Below, in pieces: positions 10,846-23,790 of a stretch of DNA of 64,000 nt (position 1 is the stretch's first letter; each line of letters starts with the position of its first letter). The DNA lies in the NCBI GenBank assembly GCA_003971905.1, contig RSEE01000163.1, positions 1 to 64,000 on the forward strand, read 5' to 3'. The notes below the pieces were generated by a model, which was not told the origin of the DNA, made no database searches, and saw only the letters and a program-made list of their open reading frames with translations. Source of the DNA: Moniliella sp. 'wahieum' (lineage: Eukaryota). Both the position numbers and the translations under genes were made by a program.

Positions 10846-11860
10846 CTAGCTCGAACGCGGTGGTCCGCTGTGGCATTGCATTCTCTGTCCATGATTATTG
10901 AGGCTCAATCCTGAGGGCCTAAGGTCGTAGGCCAAAACGGCTGCGACGAGCATCATAGAATTGCCTGAGATTGGATTCTCCCTCAAGGTTCAAGGTTAAG
11001 GTTCACCCTCAAGCTCTGGGGTATCAGTCCGACTCGCTATCCCTTCGAGAGAGATGTCGGTGACGAGGACAGGCCACGTCGTCTCCAGGCCTTCCAGGTC
11101 TTCCAGACTTCTGTGGGTCGGTAGTATTGAAGCTTCTTACTTTGAGACGGCCGTTGTAGCGCGCGATGGAAGAGGACCACAGCTAGCGGTTGCGTTTGTC
11201 AGGCTGGAACTGGGCACGCGCCGTGCGTTATGTTGGGGTATCATACTCTCTACTGCGCTTTTACTCCTGCAAACGTCGAGAACATGAGTATCTATTCAGT
11301 TATGCCGATAGAGCAGTGCGCTGAGGTGGATGTACACCAAGAAGAGAGGATGGGCTGCTCCGAGTGGTGCTGCTACCGGTGCTGACGGGGCTTCTTCTGA
11401 TGCTTAATGCTCAGCATGTACGCTGTCGAAAGGTGTTTGCACTATGACCAACGATCAACTCTGGGTGCGCGTTTGAGGGTGGGCACGGCTATTGTCACGA
11501 TCTCTGTTGTGCTACTTGATGGCATTGCTACAGATAGATTGGTTTCCAGCAGCCAAGGTCTGTGCGGTTCCATGGCTCGCGTAGTAGAAGAAAACGCCTA
11601 TGAGTGGAAGCACCGAAAGAGGGCGACAACCAACTTTGCCCCGTCCGCAATGCGGTTCAAGTGTGGGGCATCGCGTAGGCAGCAGGAAGGCCCAGTTGAG
11701 GCGACAGCAGGCAAGAAGCAAACAGAAAGGAGGTGATGTGCAGTCCCGTCCAGGCACAAAGATAGCAAGGACATTGGCCTCCTCCTTTACATTGTTATCA
11801 CACTGCATGGACCACACTCCTCACAGCATGAGCGATATGACAGATGGGATTCGCAGACGG

Positions 11861-12310
11861 CTACTCGTCCTCGGCCTCGGCAGCGACCTTGCGGGCCCAG
11901 GCGGCGTCATACTCTTTGCTGAGAATCTGCTCCCACTCTTCAAACTCCTGGAAGGGGTTGCTCAAGCCCTGAGGGGGGGGCGAGGGCGTTGTCCACGTCA
12001 GCAGAGGGCGAGAGAGACAGAGCGATGGAGGGTGGCAAGGGGGGTTAAAGGAAGGACAGACGCACAATGAGGGAGAGGCCGTCGCGCTTGAAGCTGAACA
12101 AAATCCAAAGCCAGGTGCAGCCGCCCAGGATCTGAGCAAAGACACGCTCCCCCGCGGTGGCTGGTAGGGCGCAAAGCCGAATTTGGGTGCGTAGATGCCG
12201 GTGCCGGGAGTGGGGGCGTGGTGGCCGCCGCTGCGGACGACGGGGGAGGCGCGGAGGGGCGCACGCAGGGTGCGCGCAAGCGCGAAGGGGCGGACAGGTG
12301 TCGGACGCAT
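11861..12310 (-). CDS. NDUFB2: Probable complex I accessory subunit NDUFB2 (AGGG) homologue; intron 11969-12065
   Basis: Arg-rich presequence ending RSGGHH, then (frameshifted) ILGGCTWLWILFSFKRDGLSLI|GLSNPF. This resembles the fungal LGAxMWFWxxYRxxxDGxxLLGxxHPW motif. Confidence 0.7.
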   Translation of the reverse strand: MRPTPVRPFALARTLRAPLRASPVVRSGGHHAPTPGTGIYAPKFGFAPYQPPRGSVSLLRSWAAAPGFGFCSASSATASPSLCVCPSFNPPCHPPSLCLSRPLLTWTTPSPPPQGLSNPFQEFEEWEQILSKEYDAAWARKVAAEAEDE

Positions 12311-12711
12311 CTGAGAGACGGTGATGGGGAGCCAGGCGAGAGCGGCAAGACGGCCCCCAGCCGCGACGAGGAGGGGGGGTAGTAGGGCGAGGATGATTAA
12401 TAATCGCGTAAGCAGCTACCCGGGGGGGTGTCACGTGCCACATGTCAAGTGTCTAAGCGTGGAGATGCAATGTCAAGCTTCCAGTGCGCTCGCATGTGAT
12501 GCGGTTGCGATTTCGCCTGTCGCTCTCGTCTGTGCCCGATCTCACATCTCACACGGGGCGCCCAGCGCGCTGTGCTCCCGCAGGTAATTGCCAATCTCGC
12601 GCACAGCCGCAGTCTCCGGCCGGCGTGGCGTCCGACTTGAACGTTTGCAGCCTGCCGCTCTCGCTCCTCCGTCGCCGTCGCGCCCCTCGCACGCCCCCAC
12701 AAGCCACCCCC

Positions 12712-15484
12712 ATGGGCGCTGCTCCGGACGCCCGGCGTGGAGCGCGCGTCGCCCTGAGCCCAGCGCTGCCCCGACGCCGCCGACCCACGCACGCTCCGCT
12801 CCGCCGACGCCCCGCCAGCACCTCCCCCGCGCCGCCCCCGCCCGCCCTCCCTCGTCCGCGCCGCCCCGCCGCCCCCGCCTCGCTCGCCCCCACACCCACC
12901 GCCCCCGCACCCACCCCCTCATCAGCCCCCCCCCCGCCAGCCGCCGCGGCTCACCCACCACCAGCCAGCCCCACTCCCCCACGCCGCCGCCTTCCTCCCC
13001 CCGCCCTCGCCCCACGCCCAGCCCGACCCCCAGGCGCCATCGGCGCTGCCCGCCCGTCTGCGCGCCCTCGCCGCCACCCACACCCCTCCGCCCCGCCCCC
13101 CCGCCGAGCCCCCGTCGGCGTGTACGACTCGCGCGCCGCCTCGCCCTCCGCCTCGCCCCCCGCTTCCACCATCGCCACTCCCACCACCACCACCACCACC
13201 ACCACCACACACCCCGCCTCAGGCTCCGCGTCGGCCTCCGCGTCGGCCTCCGCCTCCGCTTCTGTCTCTGCCATTTCGTCCGTGTCGGGCATGTCATCCA
13301 GAGCCACCTCCCCGCACACCTCCTATGCCCCCACCCCTGCCCAGGCCGAGCTCGTGGCCGCCTTGACACGCCATGTCGAGGCCGAGCACCACTGCCGCCA
13401 CCACCACGATCACGACGCGGAAGCGGACGCCGATGCGACGCCGATGCCGATGCCGATGCTGATGCGATGCTGATGCCGATGCTGATGCCAATGCCATGCA
13501 TCACATCCCTTCCTACCTGCGTATCCCCACCGCATTCCCTCCATCGAATGAGCGGAAAACTCTCACCCGCCTGCTCTTCCCCACCATCCGGCGCACCCTC
13601 CATGTTACGTCTCCCTCCCTCTCCCCGTCGCAGGTGGACGTGCCGCCGCCATTCTTGAGCTCAGCCCCGACACATTTTCTTCGTCGGCCCCCCCACGGCT
13701 TTGCGCGAGGAACTGGAAGCGGCCAATGCAACGCCGACGCGCAACAGGGCCCAACGGTGCCCCCACCTCCCTACCACCCGCAGCTTCTGCCCAAACCTCC
13801 CTTGGAGCCTATCCCGACCCAACCCACGAGGAGGAACACGACGAGTATCCCTTTCCTCAGATTGGATCCGCTTGCTCCGCCTGACCAGAGGGACCCGCCG
13901 CCGCCGAGGTCAAGATGCCGCCTCCCGCGCACCTGCAACGGCTCTCCCCAACGTCGGCTGAACGTGCTGCGACTCGCGGCGGCGATATGCTGCCCAAAGC
14001 CAGTCCCGACCGACGCGACCGATCGGTACGCCTACCCCGCGAGGCCGGCCTTTGACCATGCCGCTGCGTCCGCTGGACCAAAGTCTTTCCAATTGGGGGA
14101 TGCGCGAGTGGATCGGACGCCAACGGCGGCGCCGCCTCGACCAGACTTGTCGATGACCCCTGGTCTTTCTTCCCCCTTCACCGCCACCGCCGCAGCCACA
14201 ACAAGTCCAACCCCGGTTTGCAACCACGGCAATGTCCCGTAGGCATGGAAGAGGGGCCCAATGCGGCTACACATGCAGCCCCAGATCATCCGCGCCACGC
14301 AGGGTTGGGATTGACACCTACGCCCGCTTCGGATGCCAAGTCCAAGCCACGGGAGGAGCACCATCGAACCACGACGCCACGTGCGCACCATGTCCATTCC
14401 ACTCGCCGACGACATCGGCACCACCACCACCATTACACTCCCCCCCACAAATCTCACCCGGCCAGGGGGGAAGGATTGGTGGATGTGATGCTGACCTGGG
14501 CGGGAGGACCACGTACCAGTGCAGGCTCGGCCACCTCCCTGTTGACCCGGGCCCAGCAAAGCTGGTGTACGTCACGGGCACCTTTGCTGACGATTGGCAT
14601 GCGCAATCCCGCTGCAAAAGCTCGTTGGCCAAGGGGCAGCAGAGGAGGAACGCCGGGACAGGCAAGCAGCCTGGGCCCCGAATCGTGGTCAACCACGGTC
14701 CGTTTGCCCCCTGGCACGCATCGGTAAAGTTTATGTCGATGGTCGCTGGCGCGTGTCGCGCGCGCTTCCCACCGCCGTCGATGGCAAGGCAACCTGGTCA
14801 ATTTGTCCAGGTTGACACCCCCGGAGGCGCTACGCCGACGGATGCAAGGCGGCGTACGCTTGCCTCAACCGACGCCATCGTCTCGGCTCATGGGGAAGAG
14901 GGAACAGCACGCCACCGATAACCGGTACGGGGAGAGTCCATCGCAGCCAAGCCTGGGGGGACCGACACGGAGCGAATCCAGCTGCTGAATCGGCTCTGCG
15001 TCCGCTCGTCCATCCTGCCATCGAGTCAGTCCCGACTCAGCCTTATGACTGGGCGCCCGTCACGCCCCCGTCCGAGGCGGACTGTGGTGTGGTCGAACGA
15101 GATCCCCAGGACGGTGGAAGAGCAGAGGAGATGGAGGCCCAAGCAGAAGCAGATGCCGAAGCGGCGCGTTGGCTGCGGGTGTTCCCGCTGACGAGGCGGC
15201 GGCCCAAGCCACACCGTCGTCGCCCGTGCGGCCGGGGAGACGGGCCCACCGCCTTTACCGCGGCAACTGGAAAAAGTGGTTCTGAATGCAGCCTTGACCC
15301 CAGGTGGCGGACCGGAGGTAGTGCGCGTGGACGACAATTCGGTCCTGCAGGCTCCCAACCCGCGTTCTTCATCACTTGGCTGCCTCTTCGATCAAGCGCG
15401 GAGTGCTGAGCGTTTCCACCCCACACCGCTACCGAGGCAAATACGTTTACCACGATCCTCTATACCGCCAGCCGAGACATCTAA
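12712..15484 (+). CDS. GAL83: SNF1/AMPK kinase complex beta subunit (Gal83/Sip2 family); frameshifted
   Basis: N-terminal MG (myristoylation-type). CBM48 fragments VDVMLTW, VYVTGTFADDW, LPPGTHR, YVDGRWRVS..LPTAVDG. ASC domain PPLPRQLEKVVLN...DDNSVL...HLAASSIKRGVLSVST..RYRGKYV.TILY. Confidence 0.88.
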
Positions 15485-15851
15485 CCGGAACGTGTCTTCC
15501 CCGTCTGTCTGGCTACCAGCACAGCACCCCTGCTTTCCGAGCTACTGTTTTCCTTTTCTCCCACCCAACCCACTCCCATCCATGTTATACCATCGCGCAC
15601 ACTTCTGAACCGTCAACCTCCCTAACTATATGCCTTACATGTGCTTGGCGATCGCAGCAGCAGCAACAGCAGCAGAGCGAAGACGGGAAAAGAGGGGTTC
15701 GTTAGGATTGCTAGTGTACAAAAAGCGTGGGAAGAAACATGCGCCGACGTTCCCAACTCGTCATGGCGTCTCGGACAGGAATTGGTCCAACTGTTTTCTC
15801 CTACGCTGACGCCCGCCCCACTTCTCACCCAGTGCGATCAGGCGCCACGCT

Positions 15852-17324
15852 TCAGCAGCGAGCAAGAACCGAGGTCGATCGTCGGATGATTGGTACAGGC
15901 CAGGCCCCCAACCGCACCCATGACGGTAGCGAGGCTAAAGAGGAGGTGGGCTTGGGGCTTGCTAGCGCGGCGGCGGACAGCCTGGTGGGAGCTCTTGGGG
16001 GGCGAAGTGAGACTGTCAACGCGGACGATGGGCGGGAGAGGAAGAGGGTAGCTTCACGATCACGTTCGTCCCATGTACGCGGCACAGCGTCCGGTCCCAA
16101 GATGGTGGACCAGGAACGGAGGACACTGGCGGGGTACATTACCCGATTCACGGGCGGCCTGGGCAGATCGGTAGCCAAACGCAGAAGAATGCTGAGCGCC
16201 ACTGGCTCCGAGTCGCTGGGTACCGCGCAAGCACCCACGCTCGCGCGCGGAGGGTCAGCAGAGCCATCATCCAACTCGTCGGGGACGAGCTGGGGCAACT
16301 GTTGCAAGGCGTGGTGCAGTAGGTTGGTGTCTTCCATCACGTCTTCATCCTCCCGCACCTCCTGCACCCGACGCGTCAGGAAGACGGCGCCAAGTTGGAG
16401 GGCAAAGAGCGGGCCATGAGAGAGCACGGCATCCAGCACTCGCTGGGCCATGTGTAGGGTTGGGAGGCCATGGCAAAAGAATGTCAGGGGCCAGGAGAGC
16501 GCAAAGAGCGGCAGAGCATCGCCCCCCTCTGGCCCTGCACTAGCCAGCGCCGCAACGGAAGCTGCCTCCCCCCGCAACAGAGAATTGAGGAGAAATAGAT
16601 GGCCCAGAGCAGGCTCGAGAGAAGGGGTGTGGTGGTCGCGAAGTAGATGGAGCGACAGGCGAGACGTAGCCTGCTTTACCTCCCTCTCGGCCTCCCAGCT
16701 GGGCCAGAGGGCTGGGCATCCTTCGTACAGAATGGTTCCCTGATGGGGGCTGCTTCCGACAGCGGGCACAAGGGTGAGGAGCAGGACAGCAACCACGTCG
16801 TGGTAGCCCTGGTAGTACGCCAACGAGGGATGGGCGCGCAACGTGCTCCAATCACATCGTACAGCTGAGCGCGCCGGCCGCCCGACACGCCAGTCGTTCA
16901 GCGCGCTCGACATTGGCCGGGGCGCCACAATAGGCAACCAGACTGCGGCGGACATCGAGCTTGACCTGGGCCTCGTCGGGGTGGGGAAGGAGCGCTGGTT
17001 CGGTCGTCGCCGCGGCGGGCGCGGGACCAAGTTTGGGCGAGGGTAAAGAGGCAGGAACGATGAGCGGCGTTTCAGGAGGGGAGGGAGGCGCATCCGACAC
17101 GGCGAACGACGCATCGGAGAGCGGAGGGGTGGCGGAGGACGGTGTGGGGGGAGGGGAGACGGAGACGGCGTCGGGGACGTCGAGAAGAGCGAGCCGGCGC
17201 AGCGGCGGAACAGGCCCGGCGGGCAGCTGGGTGTTGGATCGTCAAACCCACCGGGAGCCAGAGAGCGAAGGCGCAGCGCCTCACGCGGCGGAAGGCTGAT
17301 GCCCAGCGCCAGCAGAGCATCCAT
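15852..17324 (-). CDS. GYP8: Rab GTPase-activating protein, TBC domain (Gyp8/TBC1D20 family)
   Basis: LRLRSLAPGGF; DEAQVKLDVRRS (Arg finger); YYQGYHDVVAVLLL (Gln finger); LRDH; PLFALSWPLTFFCH. The 3' end is uncertain. Confidence 0.87.
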   Translation of the reverse strand: MDALLALGISLPPREALRLRSLAPGGFDDPTPSCPPGLFRRCAGSLFSTSPTPSPSPLPPHRPPPPLRSPMRRSPCRMRLPPLLKRRSSFLPLYPRPNLVPRPPRRRPNQRSFPTPTRPRSSSMSAAVWLPIVAPRPMSSALNDWRVGRPARSAVRCDWSTLRAHPSLAYYQGYHDVVAVLLLTLVPAVGSSPHQGTILYEGCPALWPSWEAEREVKQATSRLSLHLLRDHHTPSLEPALGHLFLLNSLLRGEAASVAALASAGPEGGDALPLFALSWPLTFFCHGLPTLHMAQRVLDAVLSHGPLFALQLGAVFLTRRVQEVREDEDVMEDTNLLHHALQQLPQLVPDELDDGSADPPRASVGACAVPSDSEPVALSILLRLATDLPRPPVNRVMYPASVLRSWSTILGPDAVPRTWDERDREATLFLSRPSSALTVSLRPPRAPTRLSAAALASPKPTSSLASLPSWVRLGAWPVPIIRRSTSVLARC

Positions 17325-19619
17325 GGCGACAGCAGCTGGTCGACGACGGTGGCCAGAAGGGCGCCAGGGAATGAGGATGAGGTCGATGAGGCCGGCAGCG
17401 TCAACAGCAATGGCGTTCGCGCGTAAGCGGTGGTGATAATGACGTTGAGCAGGCAAGGCCGACTAGCAAAGTGCCTTGCCGCCGTCGGGCCAAGTGGAGG
17501 GGCAGTGCTAGTGCTGGCACTGCTTTGGGGCACGGGGCTCCGTTGCAATGTTCAAAACGCAGTTGCCACGGCTGGTTTGGCCCGTCAGCCATAGGGTTAT
17601 CCAGACGCAGCTGGCTGTTAGGGTTATGCTCCCCACTCGATCGAAGCGAATATCCACGGTGTGGTGCTGCCTCGGAGCGACGGAAAAAACGACGCTGAAG
17701 ATGACGTCGACGACACCCAGACCAGGCGGCGACCATCAAGATCATCAAGATCATTCTTGGTTCCGATTCGGTGGACATGCTACTCGTGTTACCTCGGAAG
17801 GTCGATGAAGACTGCGGTATTTCTCCTTTGGCGCACAACTCCACACAACAGCGCGGCCGAGAGGACTATATTTTCGCCCCGGCCTCCTGTGGCCGAGTGA
17901 ATGGCGACGACCCAGGCAATCGCTGGCAATCAGTCAGCCGCTTCCGGCGCAGACAGAGGACATCGATTCCTACACTCAAGAAGGTACTTTCTTTTTCTGT
18001 TTTTTGCAGGGGTGTTGACCACAAACCGGACTGCACTCGCCTCTTTTGTCGAAGCGCTAGTATACCACGACAAACATGAGTCTCTGCATAGACCACTCTT
18101 ACAGGAGCCTGATGCCGCTCAATCCAAACAAAAGTTCAATTCACATGCCTACCCTACTCGTCCTAGTTCATATAAGGCATACGACCGTGGGCTGGTTAGC
18201 CGTGGCTGCGCCCCAAGAAACCCGCAGCGCACATGAAGGGAGCACATACAATCAACTTCGCCGAACCGACATGATGCTACTCAGTGGCTCAGCTGTGAAT
18301 ATATAGCCTTTGCTGCCTAGTGTTCCGTGACAGTGCCTCAAGAACGAAAGAAAGCTTCTCCGGGCACAGTGGGTGTGACCACAATCGTTAAGCCTTTGGG
18401 CTGGGCAAGGTCTTGTGATCAATGTTATCCTTTGGTTACCGGTTACTCCCGGTGGATGTGATGATTGGCAAAGGTGTTCTGTTTCAGGTCTGGGTTGACC
18501 CTTCTGTTTCGACTGCAGCTTTGCTCCCACATGTCCTAACAAGGGTTAGGAGCGGGATCCGTACAGAGGAGACTGAAAACTGGAGGCAGATCGACGGTAC
18601 AGGATGCTGGACGAAGGGATTCGGGAAGACCCAGAGGTGGTTGCTGAAGCACAGGCCAGTGGGGACTTAGCAGGAGGTCCAGCATTGTTGAGCTGTACCT
18701 TGCCTGCTGGCTGTTGCGACGCGGGCTCCCTCCTCTCCCCGGCTGACACATACTCGGGTCGCGGGCAGACGAAGGACGGCGGGACCGAGCAGAGTGGGAA
18801 GAAGGCGCCGCCGCGGTGTGCCTACTCGGTGCCCAGCCAATACCATGCCAATGCAGCTCTGGGGGGGCGTGCCTCGATGGTGTAGAGGAGCAGCATGGAG
18901 GGGATAGAGGCCGACCTGGGATCTGTCAGGCTGCCCAGGTCGGCCTATACCCCCCCACAGTCGTTTTCGTTCGGTCTACAAACCCATCTCCCATCGTGAT
19001 ATCTTCTGTCTCCTAGTTCAGGCTGGGGTGGGCGAGAGGACGGGGACGGGGAACTAAGGACGCCGATCCATACGGCGTATCCATCAGGATTCTTCATTCA
19101 ACCCCTGGGTTGTCAAGGGGGGGGGCGGGGGGGGCAAAGAGAAACCAAGAACAAACAGTCTAGGGTCATGACGACCAATCAATATGAGTATTCAATCAGA
19201 AAATGGAGGTCGTGGGGCCCCACTTGAGCCCCACACGTCGTTTGAACGTCAACGTTCCGCATGTGGGCGGGAGAGAGAAGAAAAGAGAAAGGAAAGGGGA
19301 TGGGAACGGAACGGGAATGGGAACGGGAATGGGAATGGGAATGGGAATGGGAATAGGAAAAGGAGGCGAAGGTATATATCTTGTTGGACCGAGGGTCCCG
19401 AATCAAATCGCAGCGTGACCTTGAGGCAAGAGGCAGGAAGGGAATTTACATTCGACGCATGATCCAGGTGGAGAAGCACCTGGGCGGCCGCAGAGCGTGG
19501 TCGAGGGAAGGAGGGGTCACCAGTCAGGGTCTGCATCCGCAGCTCCCAGGGGAAGAAGAAAACAAATCCAAAGACACCGCAAAAGCAACAAAAGAAACAC
19601 AAACACACAAGAGACAGGA

Positions 19620-22600
19620 CAGAGACCAAAAAGGTTATTTTTGTTCTGTCCCAACTTCTTGTGGGGCCGATGCTGTACCAACCGGGGATGGGATTGGCGC
19701 GATGCATCAGCCAAGGCACGAGCGAGCGCAAGCCGATTCTCTTCTTCCAGCGCACACTTTTCCGCCTCGGCCTGGGCGCGGGCCTGGTCCAAAGCAGCTT
19801 GGTGAGCATCGCGTAACTCGGTCCAGCGTGCCCGCTCCATCGCGCGCACCTCCAAGGCCAAGGCGCGGGACGCGGCAGAATCTTACGACGCTTCTCCCGC
19901 TTGTTCGTCCGGCACAGCACCATGATCGACGAACCGGCAATCGCTTGTGCGCGTTGCTGCGCATTCAATCGCTGGGACCCAAGAATCTCCGCACGAACCA
20001 GCTCGGCTTCCCGAGCCGCCCGCGCCTCGGCTTCGGCAGCCAACTGGGTCTTGCGTTTACGCAACCACGCCGGCACCCCATTCGCTTTGGCCGGGGGGCG
20101 GTTGCGACTGGGGGGTGGGCTGGGCCGAACACGAAACCGGTACCGACGCCGCGGGTGGTTTACGAGCGGGGTTTGCTGCCAAACGCGCCGCCAAGAGAGC
20201 TGCCGAACCATTCGATTCGGCACGCTCGGTACGCGCTTTTGCGCAGATCCCCTCCGGACGGGAACGGGCTGGTTTGGCGGCGGCAGCAGAGGCGGCTGAG
20301 CCAACGCCCGGTGCAGGAGGCCGCGGCCGACGGGTCCGGGATAGCATGGACGGTTTGGCTGGCGCAGTCACGGGGGGACACGTTGGCTACGGGGGGGTCG
20401 ACATGGGAGCGCCGTCGAGAGGGGCGGAGGGAACGGCGAAGGGGCTTGGTAAGTACCTTGGCCGGCCCGGATTGAGACTTGGCCTGACCCGTGGTCGGGG
20501 CCGGAGTCTGGGTCTGGGTCTTGGCCGTTGCCGCAGTAATGGGCTGGGCGGGCGGGGACGGAAGCCAACGGTGTAGGGTGGGGTTCAGTCTGGTCAGCAT
20601 GGCCGAGTTGAGCCGTAGGAGGTGGCAAGAAAACGGTTAGCATGGTCGTCTTGTGACTCGGCAGCCCCAGTTTCCGATTCCAACCTGTTGCGCTTCGTTC
20701 AACGGAGGAGACGAATCAGGGGGGCTGAGGCTGGGGTGAGAGCGAGGCGGAACGGGGAGCAAGCGCACTGATTGTTCTACAGGGTATTCGGTGGCGGAGA
20801 CGGAACGGGCATGTCCCGCCGCCGCTGAATCGGGTTCCAGCTCAGACACGAGTTTGGGCAGAGTGGGCTCGGGGGCGGCAACTGAGTGGCTGGCAGGGAG
20901 GGTGCGGGGAGCACGGACGGGCGCAGCGGTACTGCGGGTGACTGGGCTGGGACGACGGACCGACTTGGTCGCCGAGCGGACAGAGGTAGAACGGGACGCA
21001 AGGGGCAGGGGCTCAAGGGTGCTGTCCTTGTCTGCGTCGGAAGTTGTGCCGGTTTCGTCGCAGAGCGGGTTGACGTCGAGCGAGCCAGGCGGGGGTAATG
21101 GTATTGTGGTGTGTGTCTTGAGCAAGAGGACGAGGGTGGCGTGGGGTTGGACGTGCTCGATGTGAGTTTTCGCTGCTTGGAAGCGCGGTAGTGAGGCACG
21201 GAGGCGAGGAAGGGCCAGGTGGGGTCTCCAATGCCGGCGAGCGAAGTACGCTCCTTGTCAACGTGCTTGTCTTGGACTCGGGCTCCTGGCAGGCTGCATC
21301 GGTTGGGAGGGGCTGACAAGGAGGAGGAGGAGGAGGAGTTGTGCTGCCGCGTGCCGTGAGCGCCTGGCACCCGAAACCAGTGGGTGACCAGACCGTCTTG
21401 GTCCGGCTTGCTGATTTCCGCCTTCTCGCCATCCGATCGACTCGACAAGGACGAAGTCGACCGTTCTGACGTTTCTGTCACGTGCTCAATCGGGCCTCTC
21501 TTGCCTAGATTGGCGGAACTGGGAGAGGGAGGTGGGCCGGACACGGTACGCAGGGGCTGGGCTCCAAGCGCAGGTTCCTGTACCGAGTCAGCAACCGGAT
21601 CGACCGCCTGGGAGGCGGCGCACGAGCCAGCGTGGTGGTTCAGCAGAGAACGAGAAGAGGGGGGGTATGTTGTGCGGACCGATCAGTCTGGGCGGCCATC
21701 TGCGCCCCCTCCACCGCAGGGGCTGGCATCAAGGAATGAGGCCTAAGCGACGGCGGCGGATTTCCCTCGCATTGTCGCTGGAACAGGCTCAGTCCGCCAC
21801 CTGCCCTAGGACCGAGAGGGAGAGGTCCGCCGTGCCAGCGTTCAAAGGGGGGGGTTGGAGCCGGGTATGGGATTCGCGGCAGGGCGTGGATCCGATGCAG
21901 CGGTCGGGTTCGTGGGCTGAGGTTCGGGTCCAGGTTCCGGCTGGAGTGAGGCATTATGGTCTACCCATGGCCCCGACAGCGCGTGACGAACAGGGAGTTT
22001 GGAGGGAGAGACGGGAGGAGGAGCTATAACGTAGTAATGAGAACGGTATGATACGTAGTTTCTGGATCCGTTCGTAGGGAAAGCGAAAACATACCATCCG
22101 GGCCGGCATGGAGCCGCGGCTAGACTTCTTGGGCAAATGGCTTTTTGCGGTGGCAGAGCGACGCTTGCGTGGAGGTAATCTTGCTCGTCTCTGTCCTCGT
22201 TGACGATCGCGTTCTCCTTGTCTGCCACGGGGGGGTTGTGGTCCAAACGAGGGCGGCGCGTGCGGGTGGCTTGGACAAGGTAGGTAAGGCGGAAGCGTTG
22301 GCATGGGTGTAGACCGAGCCTTTTCGGTGGCGCGGGGACGGCTGTGTGGGAGTTGGGGGCTGGCGAGGTGGTCGTGCAGCAGCCGCGACTGGCTGGGGCG
22401 TGGCCACTCGCTTTGGACTGCGGGGGAAGGAGACGAGGGGGGTGCGGGCAGGGCGGGGCGAGAGCGGGGGGGCGAGGCGACGCGGCTGAGCCTCCTCGGC
22501 CCAGGCCAAGCGTTCAGCTCCTTTCGCCCAAGGCATCGATGGTGGTGGAGCCCATGTTGGGGGTGTGGCTGTGGTCCAGAGGGCGGAGGTGTCGCTGGCA

Positions 22601-22908
22601 GAGGAGGAGGCGAGGTCGTCGCGGCTCAGCGGCCACGTGGCGGAGGGGCGAGCCGGTCTTGGGCGGTGGGCAGAGTAGCGATCGGGGCTGTAGGCGAGCT
22701 GGAGCGGGGCGGCGGCGGACGGGCGACGTCTGGAGCGCCGGGCGCTGGCGGGTCAAGCTGAGGGACAGGTCCATGAGCATGGTCTCCTCCATTCTCAGCG
22801 TGCGCTCGCCGGACGCAGAGGGGGGGGGCGATGGGCTGTACATGCTCCCGCGGGGCGCGGGCGGGGCGCGGGGGCGGGGCGGGGTGTGGGAGAGCGGCTG
22901 CTGGACAT
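19620..22908 (-). CDS. Long Pro/Ser-rich hypothetical protein with a C-terminal coiled coil and TPX2-like tail; boundaries uncertain
   Basis: Chain of overlapping minus-strand ORFs with coding-like composition; AWLRKRKTQLAAEAEARAAREAE; ..EEEN..LMHRANPIPGWY near 19675-19740. Confidence 0.45.
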
Positions 22909-23790
22909 GGCGGCCGGCGGTGAAAGACGCGGAGGCGAGATGAGAGACGAGAGCCAGCAGGTCCGCCCTCGGCCGCCGCGCACCGCGAGATGGCACTCCG
23001 CTGAGCCAGATTCTACGCGGCTGCCTGCCGTCGGCCCCCAATCGAGACTCCAGCCAACGCACAGGCCTTGTTGATTCCCACTCCCCATCACGTGACAGCG
23101 GCGGGTGTTCAACATTCAACGTTCAAGCCACGCTCCCATCGCATTTCTCTCACGTGATCGCGCGGCCCGCGTGGCCGGCAGACCTTCAAGTGTGCAGATC
23201 TGAGCCAGATCGAAGCACGCCCAGGGCTGCCTCGGGCCTCAGGCTCCCTTGTCGCTGAAGACGCGCGGGGAGTAAGGATCGTGGGACACCTGTGCGATAC
23301 GCACCCGCCCTCGCCGAACTAGATCTCGATCTGAGCCCTTGAGGCCTGAGAGCACGCAGCGCTAGGGGGCCGGGTACACACCTGCCCAACTGAGTCCCAT
23401 TGAGTCTCAGGCCTGAGCCAACCCAGATATACAGAGTCCCAGTCGAGCGATGGAAGATGGGATCGCCCATTCGCCCCCATCCATGTTATCTACACAGCAC
23501 CATCGACATGGCAAGATGCACGCTACTTACGAACGCGAGGGCACCAAGCCACTCGAGGCATGCAACGACGTAGGGCCGGCGTGGCATACGCCGGCAGACG
23601 AAGGATAGTAAATTTTCCGTTCCCAAGCCCTGGGTCTGCAGACAGCCTCCCGACAACCGCCAGAACCTCCATCCAACCTCACGGCAACCTCAGGACAAGA
23701 CAGACAAGACAAGACCCATGCGGCCTAACGGTTGATCGACGCAGCGGGGAGGAGGGGGCTGGTTGTCGTTGTCTTTTTGTCTTTGTCGTT

